Assembly (NCBI GenBank): GCA_043228905.1
Contig: JBHGNT010000069.1
Coordinates: 1 to 64,000, forward strand
Source of the DNA: Azolla caroliniana
Lineage: Eukaryota > Plantae > Polypodiophyta
Direction: 5' to 3'
DNA: 64,000 nucleotides
Within the stretch, counting starts at the first letter, position 1; the number at the start of each line of letters is the position of its first letter. Below the pieces are notes generated by a model. It made no database searches. It was not told the DNA's origin and was given only the letters and a program-made list of their open reading frames with translations. Made by a program: the position numbers and the translations under genes. Shown piece after piece: positions 10,791 through 23,342 of the stretch.

Positions 10791-12399
10791 TGCATATGAT
10801 GCTTGGTATAAGAAGTATATTTTGTTTTGGAAAAAAATAAATAAATAAAATTGTAAGCTTCTGGGCAGACAAGCTCAAGTTGTAGCATTTAGGTGTTTTT
10901 CGTTAATACTACTAAAGAAAATCTTTGAAGGAAAAATGGCACTTACACTTACGTATGCATTCGGAAGGTATATCTCTTAATGTCATCACATTGTTTGTGT
11001 CTTGAAAACATGTGGAAGTTACAAAGACTTACAACTTACTTAGGAAGAACTTGAGTTCGTTGATTACAAAAGGACATTTTATCTTGACATTCCAAGAGAT
11101 GTTTAATATTTTCATCTCATATGTGATAAAGCCATATGTTATCGCAATCCTTTGTTGAAATGGGGCACACTTGACAATGCTTGTTGAGAAATTTACCTTG
11201 AATGTCAATTCGAAGCATGAAGGAATCTTTTGTGAAAGCACTCTCGTGAAGTTGTTTGAGTTAAGGTCTTATGTTGGTGCTGAATCATATTTTTATTCTC
11301 ATCTATCTATTTTTCCTTCTTGTAAGATTTGAAAAATGATGATGGTGTTGAGGGTGTAGGAATCAAACAATAAGAATGGGAGGATAGAGAAAGCAAGAGA
11401 AGAAATGCAAAATCATACAGGCTTCAGCTAGATATAGAGAACGAAAATATGATTGAGAGTGAGAATAATGTGATTGAAGATCAGTTCTCTAGTATTATTA
11501 GTGGAAGAAGCTTAAGAAAAGGAAGTATTGCTATAGTGGTGGGAGAGCACGTAAGAAAAGGCGACTATCACTCTTGAATTTAATTGCTAGGAAAAATGTA
11601 GAAAAATATTTCGAGTGAGAAAGTCCTTGATTTGTTAAACCACCATGGAGAAGTGACTTCATTTGAAGCATTCAAGTTTATCATGAAGCATCAACAGAGC
11701 ACAATTGTGATAAATGTCACGTCGATCGAAGGGCAAGAAATGTTTCTGAAATTAAAACATATGACAAGGTACAACTATAAATTGAAGATATTGAGTGGAC
11801 AATATGCAATTAAGGCAAAGTTTATAGAATTCATGCGTCACATAACCTGTATGAAACCTGTATGAAAGTTTTATACATATCAGTTCATCTTGTAAGGATA
11901 GATTTGATTCATGAGCTCTTCACTTGGCAACTTTTTAACATCTTAAAAGCTATAGAGCTATGTAGAGGTGATAGCTTTGAAGAGAGGTTTGTGTGGTATG
12001 CATCAGCCCAAGAATTTGTAAATATTGCATTGCTCATTATGGCGAGCATCAAGTCATTACCTTTTGCTTGCCATAGATCTCAAAGACATTGGCAAAGCAT
12101 AATCCTGAATGAACTTAGGGTTGTTTTATATCAAAAGAAACAATGGCGACATGACTTATCTGGAATTTTGCCCTTCGAGCAGTAGAAAAAGGATAAGAAG
12201 TGAAATCTGAAAACAGGGTTTGGAACATGATCTTGTAATCACTAATTATATGCTAACTGATATGTATGCAAATTTCCATTTCTTCTTATGAGATGGATGG
12301 AGTCATTGAAACAAGTGGGGGGAGGATGCTCTTACCTATGCATTCAGAAAAACTCCATTTCTTCTTATGTGATGGATGGAATCGTTGTTCTTCAAATCT

Positions 12400-12529
12400 T
12401 GCATTCAAGATGTGATTTTCATGGTCGAACACATTTGATTTAAAAGAAAGGAAAAGAAATCCATATTATCATCGCTTAGCTAGGTATCAACTTGGATATG
12501 CTCATTAGAAACATTGTTCATATGTATGT
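12400..12529 (+). pseudogene. PLS-type PPR gene remnant, 5' half (split by element A)
   Basis: ..IHIIIA*LGINLDMLIRNIVHMY joins across the element to ATCGSLSNAYKLFD. Confidence 0.7.
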
Positions 12530-12986
12530 TGTTACGGGCATGACCATATAATATCTCAAGGTAAGAATTTACCGTAGTATTCTATACACGTGGATAAGTG
12601 TGAGGGTTAAACGAGAGTGTAAAGAAGGAGAGGATTACTTTTAATCCTCGGGATTGAGACAACCCATTAGGCCAAGTGTGAACTTGCATGGGGGGCTTGG
12701 GTATCGCTATAAATAAGAGGCCTAGCTACCCTCATTTGATCATCTTGTTGACTACGTTGAGACTCTGTCTTGTGGTGGGTCAACTCTTGTAGCGAGCGCG
12801 CCAGCACCAGGTACAACTCAACGCCACAACAGTGGTATGGGATGTCGATCAAGGCTCGAGTCTGTTTCGATCCCTTTGCTTGGGGGTGGTTGGGTGGATC
12901 GGCACCCTTCTTTCTCTCTCTCCTTTGTATCTATATATCGATCTTCTATCCTTATCTAATGCTTACATTAGTCTATGTCTCTAACA
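12530..12986 (+). repeat. Element A 5' LTR
   Basis: TGTTAC...TAACA, direct repeat of 26426-26882. Confidence 0.95.
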
Positions 12987-12988
12987 GT

Positions 12989-13000
12989 TGGTATTAGAGC
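12989..13000 (+). promoter_or_regulatory. Primer-binding site (tRNA-iMet type)
   Basis: TGGTATTAGAGC, one mismatch from TGGTATCAGAGC, 2 nt after the LTR. Confidence 0.9.
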
Positions 13001-13769
13001 TCATTTTCTAATGTTTCTTTTGTTGTCTTTTGTGTTCTTGATTGATGGCGATCGATCTACGTGCGGTCGGCCTTCATGCAGACAAGGATCAACAAAGGAA
13101 CTTCAGTAATCTTTCTTGTTTTTTTTGTCTATTTTTTCTTCTCCCATCTAATCATGTGTATGGTTAATATGTAGATTTTTTTCATTAATTCATTGATGTT
13201 GTAGTGGTAATTCATTGGTTGTATAAAACGTTTACATATGTGTATGAGGTCAATACCTCATTTGACGTATATTGAATATGTGATGAGTGTCGTATGCGCA
13301 CGAGGTTAATACCTCAATTGCGCATTACGTTCACAAACATATGTTACGTTTGCGTATGAGGTCAATACCTCCATTCGTTGTAAATGATATGCATTTGGTC
13401 TTGTATGCGTTGTCGTGAAGATTCCGGGCCATAGGTAGAAACAAGGTGAAACGTGCAGGAACATCGGTTTACGCGAGTGCACGCCTCAAGAGAATTAAAT
13501 AGGGAAAGTACTAGGCATGAGTATACGGAGGGGCACTAGGTAGTTAGAGCATTAAAGAAGAAATACACCATCGCATATGTAGGGAGAGTTACGAGGGGAG
13601 AGAATCTTGGAAGGGAAAGCGACGGGTCATGTATGCTTGTAACGGTCGCCTCTTGTGCTATAAAAGGAACGACCTTCGACTGTCTTCAAGATGCCATTTT
13701 TGAGGGGAGAGGATATACAGAGAGGAGAGGGAGGACAAATCGTTGGAAGGTGCTTCCCCTTGCACGCGT

Positions 13770-14527
13770 TGTCGCGTTGTTACGCGCGTGCGTGGAGAAA
13801 GGCGGGACCACGGGGGTCTTGGACTAGGGAGTGACGGAGCGTAGGAAGTCGTGCTTCACCGTTTCCGGGGGATCCCAGAAGAACACCGGAAGCGACCGAA
13901 GGGAGAGAGAGAAAGAGAGGGAGCGCGCGCTTAACACCGACTCACGCACACACACGCACACACACACACATGCCGACCCGACTCACGCCCTTATGTACAG
14001 GAAACGCAGGAAAGGGGAAGCACCCGACACCAACAAAGACGCGAATATACACAGACAGACGCAAATGTATATATATAAAAGGAAGAATACATTCCCGGCT
14101 TCGTGCCGGACCAAGGTAGGTTACAACAGTCGTCTACTGTCAAGCCGCCGTCGGGGAGCTCTCGGCTCGTCGCGCCGAGCGGGGTCTTGCACAGGAGGCC
14201 GAGCCAAAGCAAACCCTAAGCAAAACACGAAGGGGGAAGAAGAAGAAGAAGAAGAAGAAGAAGAAGCGTAACTAACCCTAAATCTAACGGTATACCCTCT
14301 AACGCAAAAATGGGCAACCCTTTCACAAAGAGCGCTCCCTTCCTTTTATAGAACAAGGAGAGGGATGTGTTACAATGTGGGATAAATCCCGACTTAACTA
14401 CTCTTCGGCGCCATAAAGGCGCCCTCGTTATTCACACTAAATGTACAAGGGTGAGCACACATGCTGCACCCCGCCGATGTAGCCAATGTTTCCCGGTTTC
14501 CACCTCTGGACGAAATTCTTCACGACA
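13770..14527 (-). repeat. Element C 3' LTR
   Basis: Direct repeat of 18026-18773; differs by about 4 substitutions plus the CA and GAA microsatellites. Confidence 0.95.
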
Positions 14528-15574
14528 TCCACCCCCACCTAACCGCACGTCCACCGGTACGTGCCAATTCCGGTGAAGGGTGAGAGATTTCGGCCGGTGA
14601 GAAACGGGTCTTCCGTAATCTGCATCCCGGCTCGTCGCCGGTTTGATCCATCGGCTTCGGTTCTTCCTTCGCGCTTACCTCCCCGTAGGCTCGTTCGACC
14701 CGTCGATGGGTCCTCCACCGCGATCTCCGTTGTACGCGTACTTCCGCTGGCCCGAACGCCCCGCTTCCCGCCGTAAGCCCGATGTCCTCCGCTTGAGGCA
14801 CGCCCGTAGTGGCCCGCTTGGCCTCCGTTGACCATTCGTGATGTCCTGATTGTCGTCCCATGTTGTTTCGCGTTTCCTTCGTCCTCTCGCCGCCACCTTC
14901 CTTCTTCATGGTCTTATATCGCCGCATCGGGTCAAACCGCCATGGTCTCCGGAATAGTGTGGAGGATCCCTTTTCTGGCCTTCTATGCGCTACCTCCGAA
15001 CCGCGCAACCTATCTCCACGCTCGCCTTTCCGCTCCAGCACCTCCGTGCACCACATACGCTCGTCCGTTGTTTGGCACCGCCTGTGCCATACTCCGGTTC
15101 ATTGCACGCCTTGTCGGCCCCTTTCCCGGCCAGATCGTGCATCGCCGCTCACCCGCATACTCGCTTGGCCCTTCCCGTCTTCATGCTGCTACAATAGGTC
15201 TTGAGTCTTTCGCTTGCCGTCGTCTCCTCGCCCCCACCAGCTTGTCATCCTGGCTTGCCGTGTCAGTCTTCGCTGCTTCGACGGAGCTACCGAGATCTAC
15301 GAAGCGAGTGTGGAGGATCCTCCTCCGGCCTCTCTTGCCATCCCCCTGACTCCGACCTTGTGCAGTCCACTAGGCACTTGTCACCACGTTCTCGGCACCT
15401 CCCTTGCGCCATCTTTCGCTCCCTTCGGTCGGCACCGCCCGTGCCGAACACTGTCCCGTAGTCACGCTTTGATCCGGCCCGCGATGACCACTTGCGAGAC
15501 TCTTATTCCGTCCCAAGTGCACCTTTCTGGCCTGACACACCTCCTCGTGTCGTCGGGTCCCACTCCCTACCGCC

Positions 15575-16465
15575 ACCGTCCTTCTCCCTAGGTCTCACGT
15601 TGCCACGTTGGCCGAACTGCCGGAGTCTCCGGATCGGTGTGAGGGTCCCATAGGACCAGACTCCGTTTCTATGCTTGCCGAAATTCGGGTGTCTTTTTGT
15701 TTGAGTCCCTCACGGACTCTCCTCGTGTCTTCCGCGTACTCGGGTCCCGTTTCCCGCCGCCACCAACCTTCTCTCTCGGTCTCATGTTGCCACGTTGGCC
15801 GAACTGCCGGAGTCTCTGGTTAACTGTGGGGATCCCGTAGGACCGGACTTCCTTTCGCCTACTGACCTTGCCGGAAGGTCCAATTCGGTTCGTAGCTGAC
15901 CCGCCGGCCTGATACCTTCTTTCTCTGCTTTCGTCGTCCAGTCACGTTCACTTGCCACCACCGTCCCTTCCTATAGGACTCACGCCGACTCTCGGGCCAA
16001 CCGCCAGATCAGTGTGAGGATCTCCGTAGACCGCCCATCCGTAGCCCTTTTCCTTCGTCACCTCACCGCCACCGTCAGTATCTTGGTTTTACGTCGGCCG
16101 CGTTGCCGACTGCCGAAGTCTCTAGAACCGGTGTGAAGGATCCTCTGATTTGTCTTCCTGACCCTGTCCCGGGTCGTCCTTTTCCGCATGCCAAGAGGAC
16201 GGTTTACTCCGCACCCTCTCCCGTGGTACCGACATACCGTCTCCTCGGCCTCTTCGTAGGCCTGCTTTCTTCCTCCCTCCCAAAATGGTCATCCGGGAGT
16301 CCGTTCCGCCCGGTTCTCGTCCGGGTCCGTTCGTCCTTCTCCGGATTGCCGGGTCCCGTTCTCCTGTCGCCACCAACCTTCTCCCTAGGTCTCACGTTGC
16401 CAAGTGCGCCGAACTGCCGGGGTCTCCAGATTAGTGTGAGGATCCTGTAGGACCGGACTTCGTTC
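15575..16465. repeat. Degenerate dispersed ~90-bp repeats inside element C (about 5 copies)
   Basis: CTCCCTAGGTCTCACGTTGCCA..GCCGAACTGCCG..GTGTGAGG.TCC..TAGGACC motif near 15580, 15770, 15965, 16085 and 16380. Confidence 0.8.
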
Positions 16466-16740
16466 TCCTCTTCATCCCTTGTAACTCCCGACCTTCGCCC
16501 GGTCGATCTTTCTCCCCACGTAAAAGAGGGCGGCTCGTCCCGCACCCTCTCCCGTATTGGCACCTTTATGCCGAATCTGGCCCCGATCGAACGATCCACA
16601 ACCGGATTCTGCTCCATGCGCATCAGAATGCCGATCTTCTCGTGCTACGTCCGTCCTCGGCCTCCTCACAGGCCGTTTCCCATGCCCCTTCACTGGCATC
16701 GTGCCAAGACTCCTCATCGGCACCCTCTTTCTCTCCGGTC

Positions 16741-17988
16741 TCATGTCGGCACATGGGCACGACCGCCGGAGTCTTCGGAATCCGCGTGGAGGGCTCTTCT
16801 CCGCTCCTTCCCCGTATCGTCTCGCCGGTGATTCTTGGTCTTTTGCCGCCGCCTTCCTCCGCTTGGGACTCTGCTTGCCATCATCTCGGGAGCAAGTGCG
16901 GGAAGACACAAAGAATCGCCCGTCCGGTTTACGCCCTTGTCCGTAGCCACCGGCTCTTCGTGGTCGGCAGTCGTCTCCTTACCGATCGCGCAAGCCCCGC
17001 CTGGGCTTGCTTCTTCGATTTCTGGGGTTTCGGGCCGACACGCCCGAAACCGTTGGTCCCAACTACACGGTTCCGCGATCTGTATCTCGGCCTCGTCCTT
17101 GGCCATTCTATCTCCGCAAGTCGAGAGGGCGTTTTGTTCCACACCCTCTCCCGTGGTACCGTCGTACCGATCTTCTGCCGTCGCGTGGGGCAAGTCCGTC
17201 TCCTCGGTCTCGGCTTGCGGCCTCGATCTTCCCTCTTCCTCGAGCATCGCCTCGAGAGCTGCGTACGCCTCCGCAATCCTGGCCCCAACACCGACCCTTG
17301 CCAACTCCCTTTGTCGTTCGACCTCTTCCCGTTGTGATGGCACGTCGTTGCGCGCCTTCCTCTTAGCCTTCTCGGCTCGCTCATCGTCTAGCCGTTGGCA
17401 CACCTTTCCGAACTTTGACCAGTCCTCCGTAAGCCCATTCGCTCCGTCATCATCTTCGAGCTCAATCCCGATGGCCTCCCGTTCCGCTCGGTCGATCGAC
17501 CTAACAAACAATAGGACCTTGTCCGTCCCCACCAACCCTTATTCCCGCTCCAGGAGCCAAGCAAGCCGTCGCTCGAACTCTCGGAACACCTTCATCGCGC
17601 CCCGGTGGGTCTTTGCCGATGCTACCCACTGGTCGAAGTCGTGTCGTCCCCGGCTCTTCCGTTGTCCTCCGTATGCCTTCAGGAGCGCCTCTTCGAAGGC
17701 CTCCCACGAACTATGAGCCTCACAGAGCTCCTTTACTTCCGCATGCATCCGAACAGCTACGACCCGACAGAAGAACTCCAGCCTCAACGCCTCGTCTATG
17801 CCACGCTTCTCCATATCCGCATTGTAGGCTCCCAAGTAAGATGGGACTTTGTCCCCGTTGAAACGGCCGACTCTTTCGACCACTCGCTCAACCGCTTGTT
17901 GCGCTGCTTCTCGCCTCATCACCACTCGTGCCGACTCCAACACCACTTCGGCCACCATCACCGCGAGGTCGTCGTCTTCCGACTCCAT
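16741..17988 (-). pseudogene. Gag-like protein of element C, interrupted by a stop at ~17539
   Basis: AVERVVERVGRFNGDKVPSYL...KVLLFVRSID aligns with element D gag (AIEAIVGTIDRFSGKDATSYL...RVLLFVKSVD). Confidence 0.8.
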
Positions 17989-18003
17989 CCTCCCTTGCCA
18001 CCT

Positions 18004-18021
18004 TTCACGTCGGGTTCACCA
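18004..18021 (-). promoter_or_regulatory. PBS complementary to the tRNA-Trp 3' end
   Basis: Plus strand reads TTCACGTCGGGTTCACCA, the plant cytosolic tRNA-Trp 3' end as I recall it; 4-nt spacer to the LTR. Confidence 0.85.
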
Positions 18022-18025
18022 AAGA

Positions 18026-18773
18026 TGTCGCGTTGTTACGCGCGTGCGTGGAGAAAGGCGGGACCACGGGGGTCTTGGACTAGGGAGTGACGGAGCGTAG
18101 GAAGTCGTGCTTCACCGTTTCCGGGGGATCCCAGAAGAACACCGGAAGCGACCGAAGGGAGAGAGAGAAAGAGAGGGAGCGCGCGCTTAACACCGACTCA
18201 CGCACGCACACGCGCACACACACACACATGCCGACCCGACTCACGCCCTTATGTACAGGAAACGCAGGAAAGGGGAAGCACCCGACACCAACAAAGACGC
18301 GAATATACACAGACAGACGCAAATGTATATATATAAAAGGAAGAATACATTCCCGGCTTCGTGCCGGACCAAGGTAGGTTACAACAGTCGTCTGCTGTCA
18401 AGCCGCCGTCGGGGAGCTCTCGGCTCGTCGCGCCGAGCGGGGTCTTGCACAGGAGGCCGAGCCAAAGCAAACCCTAAGCAAAACACGAAGGGGGAAGAAG
18501 AAGAAGAAGAAGTGTAACTAACCCTAAATCTAACGGTATACCCTCTAACGCAAAAATGGGCAACCCTTTCACAAAGGGCGCTCCCTTCCTTTTATAGAAC
18601 AAGGAGAGGGATGTGTTACAATGTGGGATAAATCCCGACTTAACTACTCTTCGGCGCCATAAAGGCGCCCTCGTTATTCACACTAAATGTACAAGGGTGA
18701 GCACACATGCTGCACCCCGCCGATGTAGCCAATGTTTCCCGGTTTCCACCTCTAGACGAAATTCTTCACGACA
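18026..18773 (-). repeat. Element C 5' LTR
   Basis: TG...CA termini, adjacent to the PBS. Confidence 0.95.
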
Positions 18774-20431
18774 GCGTCAGACACCCGAGTGCTCCCGTCC
18801 AAGGGATCGACCTTCAGCGTGCCAACGTACCTTTGTGTCTGGCTATTGCCAAGCTCTACGCTCCATCACCGGCTCGGATCCGGTTGTAATCACCCACATC
18901 ACCGTGCACCTGTGTTTTTTTTTTTAATAGAAACCTTCTCTGCCTAACATACGTTGTTCTCAGTGTCTTGCCCATGTCTGTGTCTATGCACGACTCTCTT
19001 ACCCTCTCTTGTTCGCTAGCCCTACCTGTTTCCCATGGTCCCGAGACGTACGCGATCCTGAAACTCCTCCCTCTTCGTTTTCTCGATTCCTTGGTTCGAG
19101 ACCCCCGTGGTCCTGCCCGACTTCTACGCATCCGCGAGGATTTCCTCGACAGCATAAGAGGTCAATACCTCAATTGCGTATTATGATTAACCCTTATTTT
19201 TGGATGTCTCGTGTGCGTAGAGGTATATGCCTCGATTACGTACTATCTCGATTACGTCATTTTTGGCTATTAAATATAACAATTTGTTTAATATAGGCAT
19301 ATGTGGTCACGTGTATACGTAGTTGATCGTATATATGTGATAATATACATATGTGTATATAAGTTATTACGTGATTTTAAATCGAATGTTTTCCTTTTCG
19401 GGGAAAGGATCTTGGTGGCCGTCCTCACATTTTTGTGAGAATAGCGTTGTCACCATCCCTTTTTTCAACAATTTTTTATTGTTGACATCCCTGTTGGTGA
19501 CCTCAATATTTCGTTACGTAAAGAAACGCCTATAGCCATAATGATGTTGAGTACGTAGGGCTTGACCCACTTCATGTGAGGTCACTCCTATGACACATGT
19601 ATCCAACATCCCTCCCTCATTACATGGATACGATGCCACCATGAGATCATTCTTACGAGAGGCATTCGTAATGACGTGACCATGTGATGGGCCACGTGGG
19701 CCTACTACGAAAAGAGGGCTCATTTGGCTTGACCATTAGGTTGCACTTTGGCGTATGCCATCGTAATTACGAGACTTGAGGTTAGGTAACGTACCAACAT
19801 ATTTTGTAGTAAACGAGGGGGAAATAAGGACTCTTGACATATATGTTTCTTTTAAAAAAACATATATGGGCAAATGCCTCGCATATCTCTTATACGCATG
19901 AAGCATTAAACATTCAAGAAGAGCAACCTACTTGGTTGGTTCAAGTGTTTAATGCATTTGTTCTCAAGGTTTCGAGTTTAAATATGACCAAGACCATACA
20001 ACATCGTTGATACATATGACTATAACACATGTTTAGACTTAAGGTCTAAGTGCACTTCGGGGTCCTCGTAATTGGAGTTGATGAGCCGAAACCACATATG
20101 TGGGCACCGAAACATAGTTTATTGTTAACATTTTTTTCATGTATAAACAATTCATGACGCGAACATACATAGTTGAGCCTAGGGGAGCCGCCATGAAAAA
20201 ATCGATATAGAGATCAGGGATAGACATTAAATTGTCACCCCCATGGTTTTTGAAACACCTTTGTGTTACCATAGTAACCTGATCTTAAACCTCATCTCAT
20301 ACGTCTAGAGGGGTATTGACGTGAGATAATGATATCGATTAATGTTCGCCCATGATATGTTTACATCACGACATGATGTTATGACTATCTCTCTGACCTT
20401 ATCCTATTTCTTTGCTAGAAATAATCATTTA

Positions 20432-21330
20432 ATGGCTCAAAATAACGACTCGATGTCATCCGCTCAAGCGAAAGGAACTCAAGGGAATTCTCCTGGACAA
20501 ATGTCCATTGAGATGTACTTTTCGCAAATAACCGAACATCGGCAATCTCAAAGTGCTCTCGAGGAATGTGTCATTAGTTTACAACGTGAGACTAATAGAC
20601 CTGATGAGCGACAGGGTGAACCATCGTTTGTCATTAAGGCATTTACGGGCGAAAAAAAGGAAAGAACCAAAGAAGCAATCTACATGTGGCTGGGCCGATG
20701 GGAGTCTCATTTTGATCTCTATCCCATGCCAGATAGTACAAAGATTTCATATGTCAGCCGAGAACTAGGGGGTAAGGCCGCCACCTGGTGGCGTGGGCTC
20801 TGAACTTTGGGGAAATTGCCCGATACCTAGACAGATTTTGTCACAGTTTTTAAGGGCCAATTTCTATAACCTCCCTCTCGAACCGAGGTAGCACAAGATT
20901 TTATGAACCTCTGTAGCAGGAAGTTTTCCTCGCTAGAAGACTATGTCCACCATGCTAGAACCCAAATCCAAAAATCAGTTCTAAAAGGGGACAATTGGTT
21001 AATAACTTGTTTTGTCAATGGCATCCCCAATTCGGACTATCACTGGATAATGCACAATAAGGATCCAAAATCCTTCGAAGAGGATGTTGAAATAGTTCTT
21101 CGCTATCAATGCACTTCGAAGAAGGACCACAACAAACCTAACGAAGCGCCCAGGACTAAGCAGTCGCAATTCGCTGGGAAATGCAAGACACCCAATGAAT
21201 TCATGGATCGCGATTCTAAGCGACAACATCCTTTTTGCGTATTCTGCAAAAAGAAGGGTCATACAAAAGAGCAATGTCAAAGCTCCAACGGAAAGAGCAC
21301 GACAGCAAAGCTAAAGTTGCAGACCATAAA
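20432..21330 (+). pseudogene. Element A gag (stops, truncated by deletion)
   Basis: LGGKAATWW capsid motif; CVFCKKKGHTKEQC zinc knuckle. Confidence 0.85.
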
Positions 21331-22596
21331 GTTTTGGCAAGCTGCTTCGACGAAACCCGTCTTTTCTTCGACCGGGTCACTCCACCCGGTTACCTCCTGG
21401 ACCCGCTTCTCCACGCGGTCCGCCTCGTCTTTCCTTAGTTGGGCACCGACGAGGCCTTCCAGCATCGTCGGCCAGAACCCAGCTTTGCTCTCCTTCCGGG
21501 CCTCGCTGCCTCCGACCCGAATACCGGCTGACGCCGAGTAGTGGACGGTCTCCGTGTGCCGAGCCGCCGCCTCTTCCATCAGCCTTTTCATTCCTCCTCG
21601 CCCGTCGTTTCGGTTCAGGGCCCTCCAGGTATCACTGGCGTGCACCCGACCTTCCCACAGGTACACTACCCGGCTTCTCAAAGCCTCCGCAAAGTCCCCG
21701 CAGTCTTTCCGGATGTGGCCAACCTCGTCGCACCACATGCACCTATTTCCTGCCGAAGGTCGTCGGTCACGAGCCTGTTCGCCGCCTTCCCTCTGAGCCT
21801 GGGTGATCTGGAGATCCTTTACCGCTCGTGTCAACTCCTCCAAAGCTGTTCCCCCGGACGAGCCTCTGACCACGCCGGTCGAAGCCGAACCGGTTTCGAG
21901 CCACTCTCGAGTCTCTTCCCTTCGCGCCTGTGGTATCGGTTCGAGCTTCCTTGCTGCGACAGGACCCGCCCCGGTCGCCCCTGTATCAGCCCACTCCCAC
22001 CGTTTGTCAAAACGGCCGCTGACTCTTTTTACCGCGGCCCAGTCGGCCGTCAGCCCGTCTTCGGTTTCTAGTAAGGAGCCCACTTGCTCCCAATCCCGTG
22101 CGTCAACCGATTTGACAAACAGTAGGACACGACTTGTGTCCAGAACGGTCCGATCGAGCGCCAAAAGACGCGCAAAGCGTTCCTCAAACTCCCGGAGGAG
22201 TACCGATGCATTTCTTCCTTTGTTGGGGGACTCCACCCACTCCATGAAGCCCCGCTTCGAAAGCCGAAGCGCATCATCCAACCCGTATTTCTCCAGGAGC
22301 CGTACTTCGAACTCCTCCCAGGTCCGGCTCTCCGCCCGGACCTCGAGCACCTCCGCATGGATGCCCGGCATCGCCACTCGAGGGAATCTGGCAAGACGCC
22401 TCTCTTCCGGAATATCCCTCATCAACATCTCCGCCCGGTAGGACACCAAATAACTCGTGGCATCCTTTCCACTGAACCGGTCGATCGTACCGACGATCGC
22501 CTCAATAGCCCTGTCAAGGGCGCCGGTGCCCTCGCGCGCGCTCACTATCCAGTCCACGGCCGAAGCCATGGCCTCTGCAAGATCTGACCCCCTCAT
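21331..22596 (-). CDS. Element D gag with CCHC zinc knuckle (3'-truncated)
   Basis: Open frame of ~420 codons; CMWCDEVGHIRKDC. Confidence 0.85.
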
Positions 22597-23342
22597 CTTC
22601 TGCTCCTCTGCCGCCTTGTTTCACGTCGGGTTCACCAAAGATGTCACGTTACTACGCGCGTGCGTGGAGAACGAGGCGGGACCACCGGGGTCTTGAACCA
22701 AGGAGCAGGTTATAGAAACACAGGGGAAAGAGAAAGAGAAAGAGAAAGAGACAGGCGGGACCACCGGGGAAAGAGAAAGAGAGAGACGCTTGGTTACGTA
22801 TGAGCAAAGAAACACATGGACACGGCCCTGTCAACGCAGAAGACACGAATGGACACAGAGATAGAGAGACACGAATGTTTGTATATTAATGAATGACAAA
22901 TAAACAACAGAGCACGCGAGCGATTACAACCGAACAGGCCGGCGAACAGATATTGATGCCTGCTCGTCTACGCACGAAAGGGGATAGGATGGAGGTGCTA
23001 CCAGAAGCACACGGCGTTCCTCGAAGCAGCGCGAGCCTCCCGAAAACCTGCAGAGAAGAGAGATGGAGAACGAACAGAGGAGAAGCATTCGGTTTCGGTC
23101 CGACAGCACTTCGTCCTCCTCAATAAAATAATGCCCCCCTTCTCCCCGCGTCTCCCTCTCTTTTATAGCTTCAAGAAGGGAGCCGTTTCCCTCATTAACT
23201 TCCTACCTACCGAATCTAACTACCTAGGATATACCTTTGTACCTAATTCTCTATTATATACATTAAAGGGTGCGCACGCGTGAAGAGCCGGTTCACGCGC
23301 GCTATGCATCGATTACGCTAAGGGACGGTTTTCTTCACGACA
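21331..23342 (-). mobile_element. Element D: 5' part (LTR 22642-23342, PBS 22620-22637, gag) of a GC-rich Gypsy, 3'-truncated
   Basis: Same tRNA-Trp PBS and 4-nt spacer as C; LTR termini TGTCGTGAAG...GTGACA on the minus strand; inserted into LTR E. Confidence 0.92.

Larger units (their letters stand above)
13770..18773 (-). mobile_element. Element C: young non-autonomous (gag-only) LTR retrotransposon
   Basis: Near-identical LTRs 13770-14527 and 18026-18773, perfect 4-bp TSD GCGT, PBS 18004-18021, PPT at ~14528-14544, no recognisable RT, RNase H or integrase core. Confidence 0.93.
13411..19151 (+). mobile_element. Element B: solo LTR (~730 bp; 13411-13769 plus 18778-19151) of the GC-rich Gypsy family, split by element C
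   Basis: TGTCGTGAAG...CCTCGACA termini; flanks GCGT/GCAT; U5 motif GAGACCCCCGTGGTCCTGCC. Confidence 0.9.

Noticed and set aside
10900-12200. Short ORFs in AT-rich DNA
   Set aside because: No recognisable domain
13246-13375. Repeat-spacer pattern resembling a CRISPR array
   Set aside because: Repeats are only 14 bp, the context is a eukaryotic retrotransposon leader, and there are no cas genes
13831-14271. 146-aa ORF with poly-Glu and HT repeats (also at 18087-18517)
   Set aside because: Lies within LTRs and translates microsatellites; the frame differs between the two copies
18004-18021. tRNA-Trp gene
   Set aside because: Only the 3' 18 nt including CCA are present; it is a PBS (same at 22620)
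14520-18100. Many overlapping ORFs on both strands in element C
   Set aside because: By-product of high GC content; only the gag-like frames have recognisable homology
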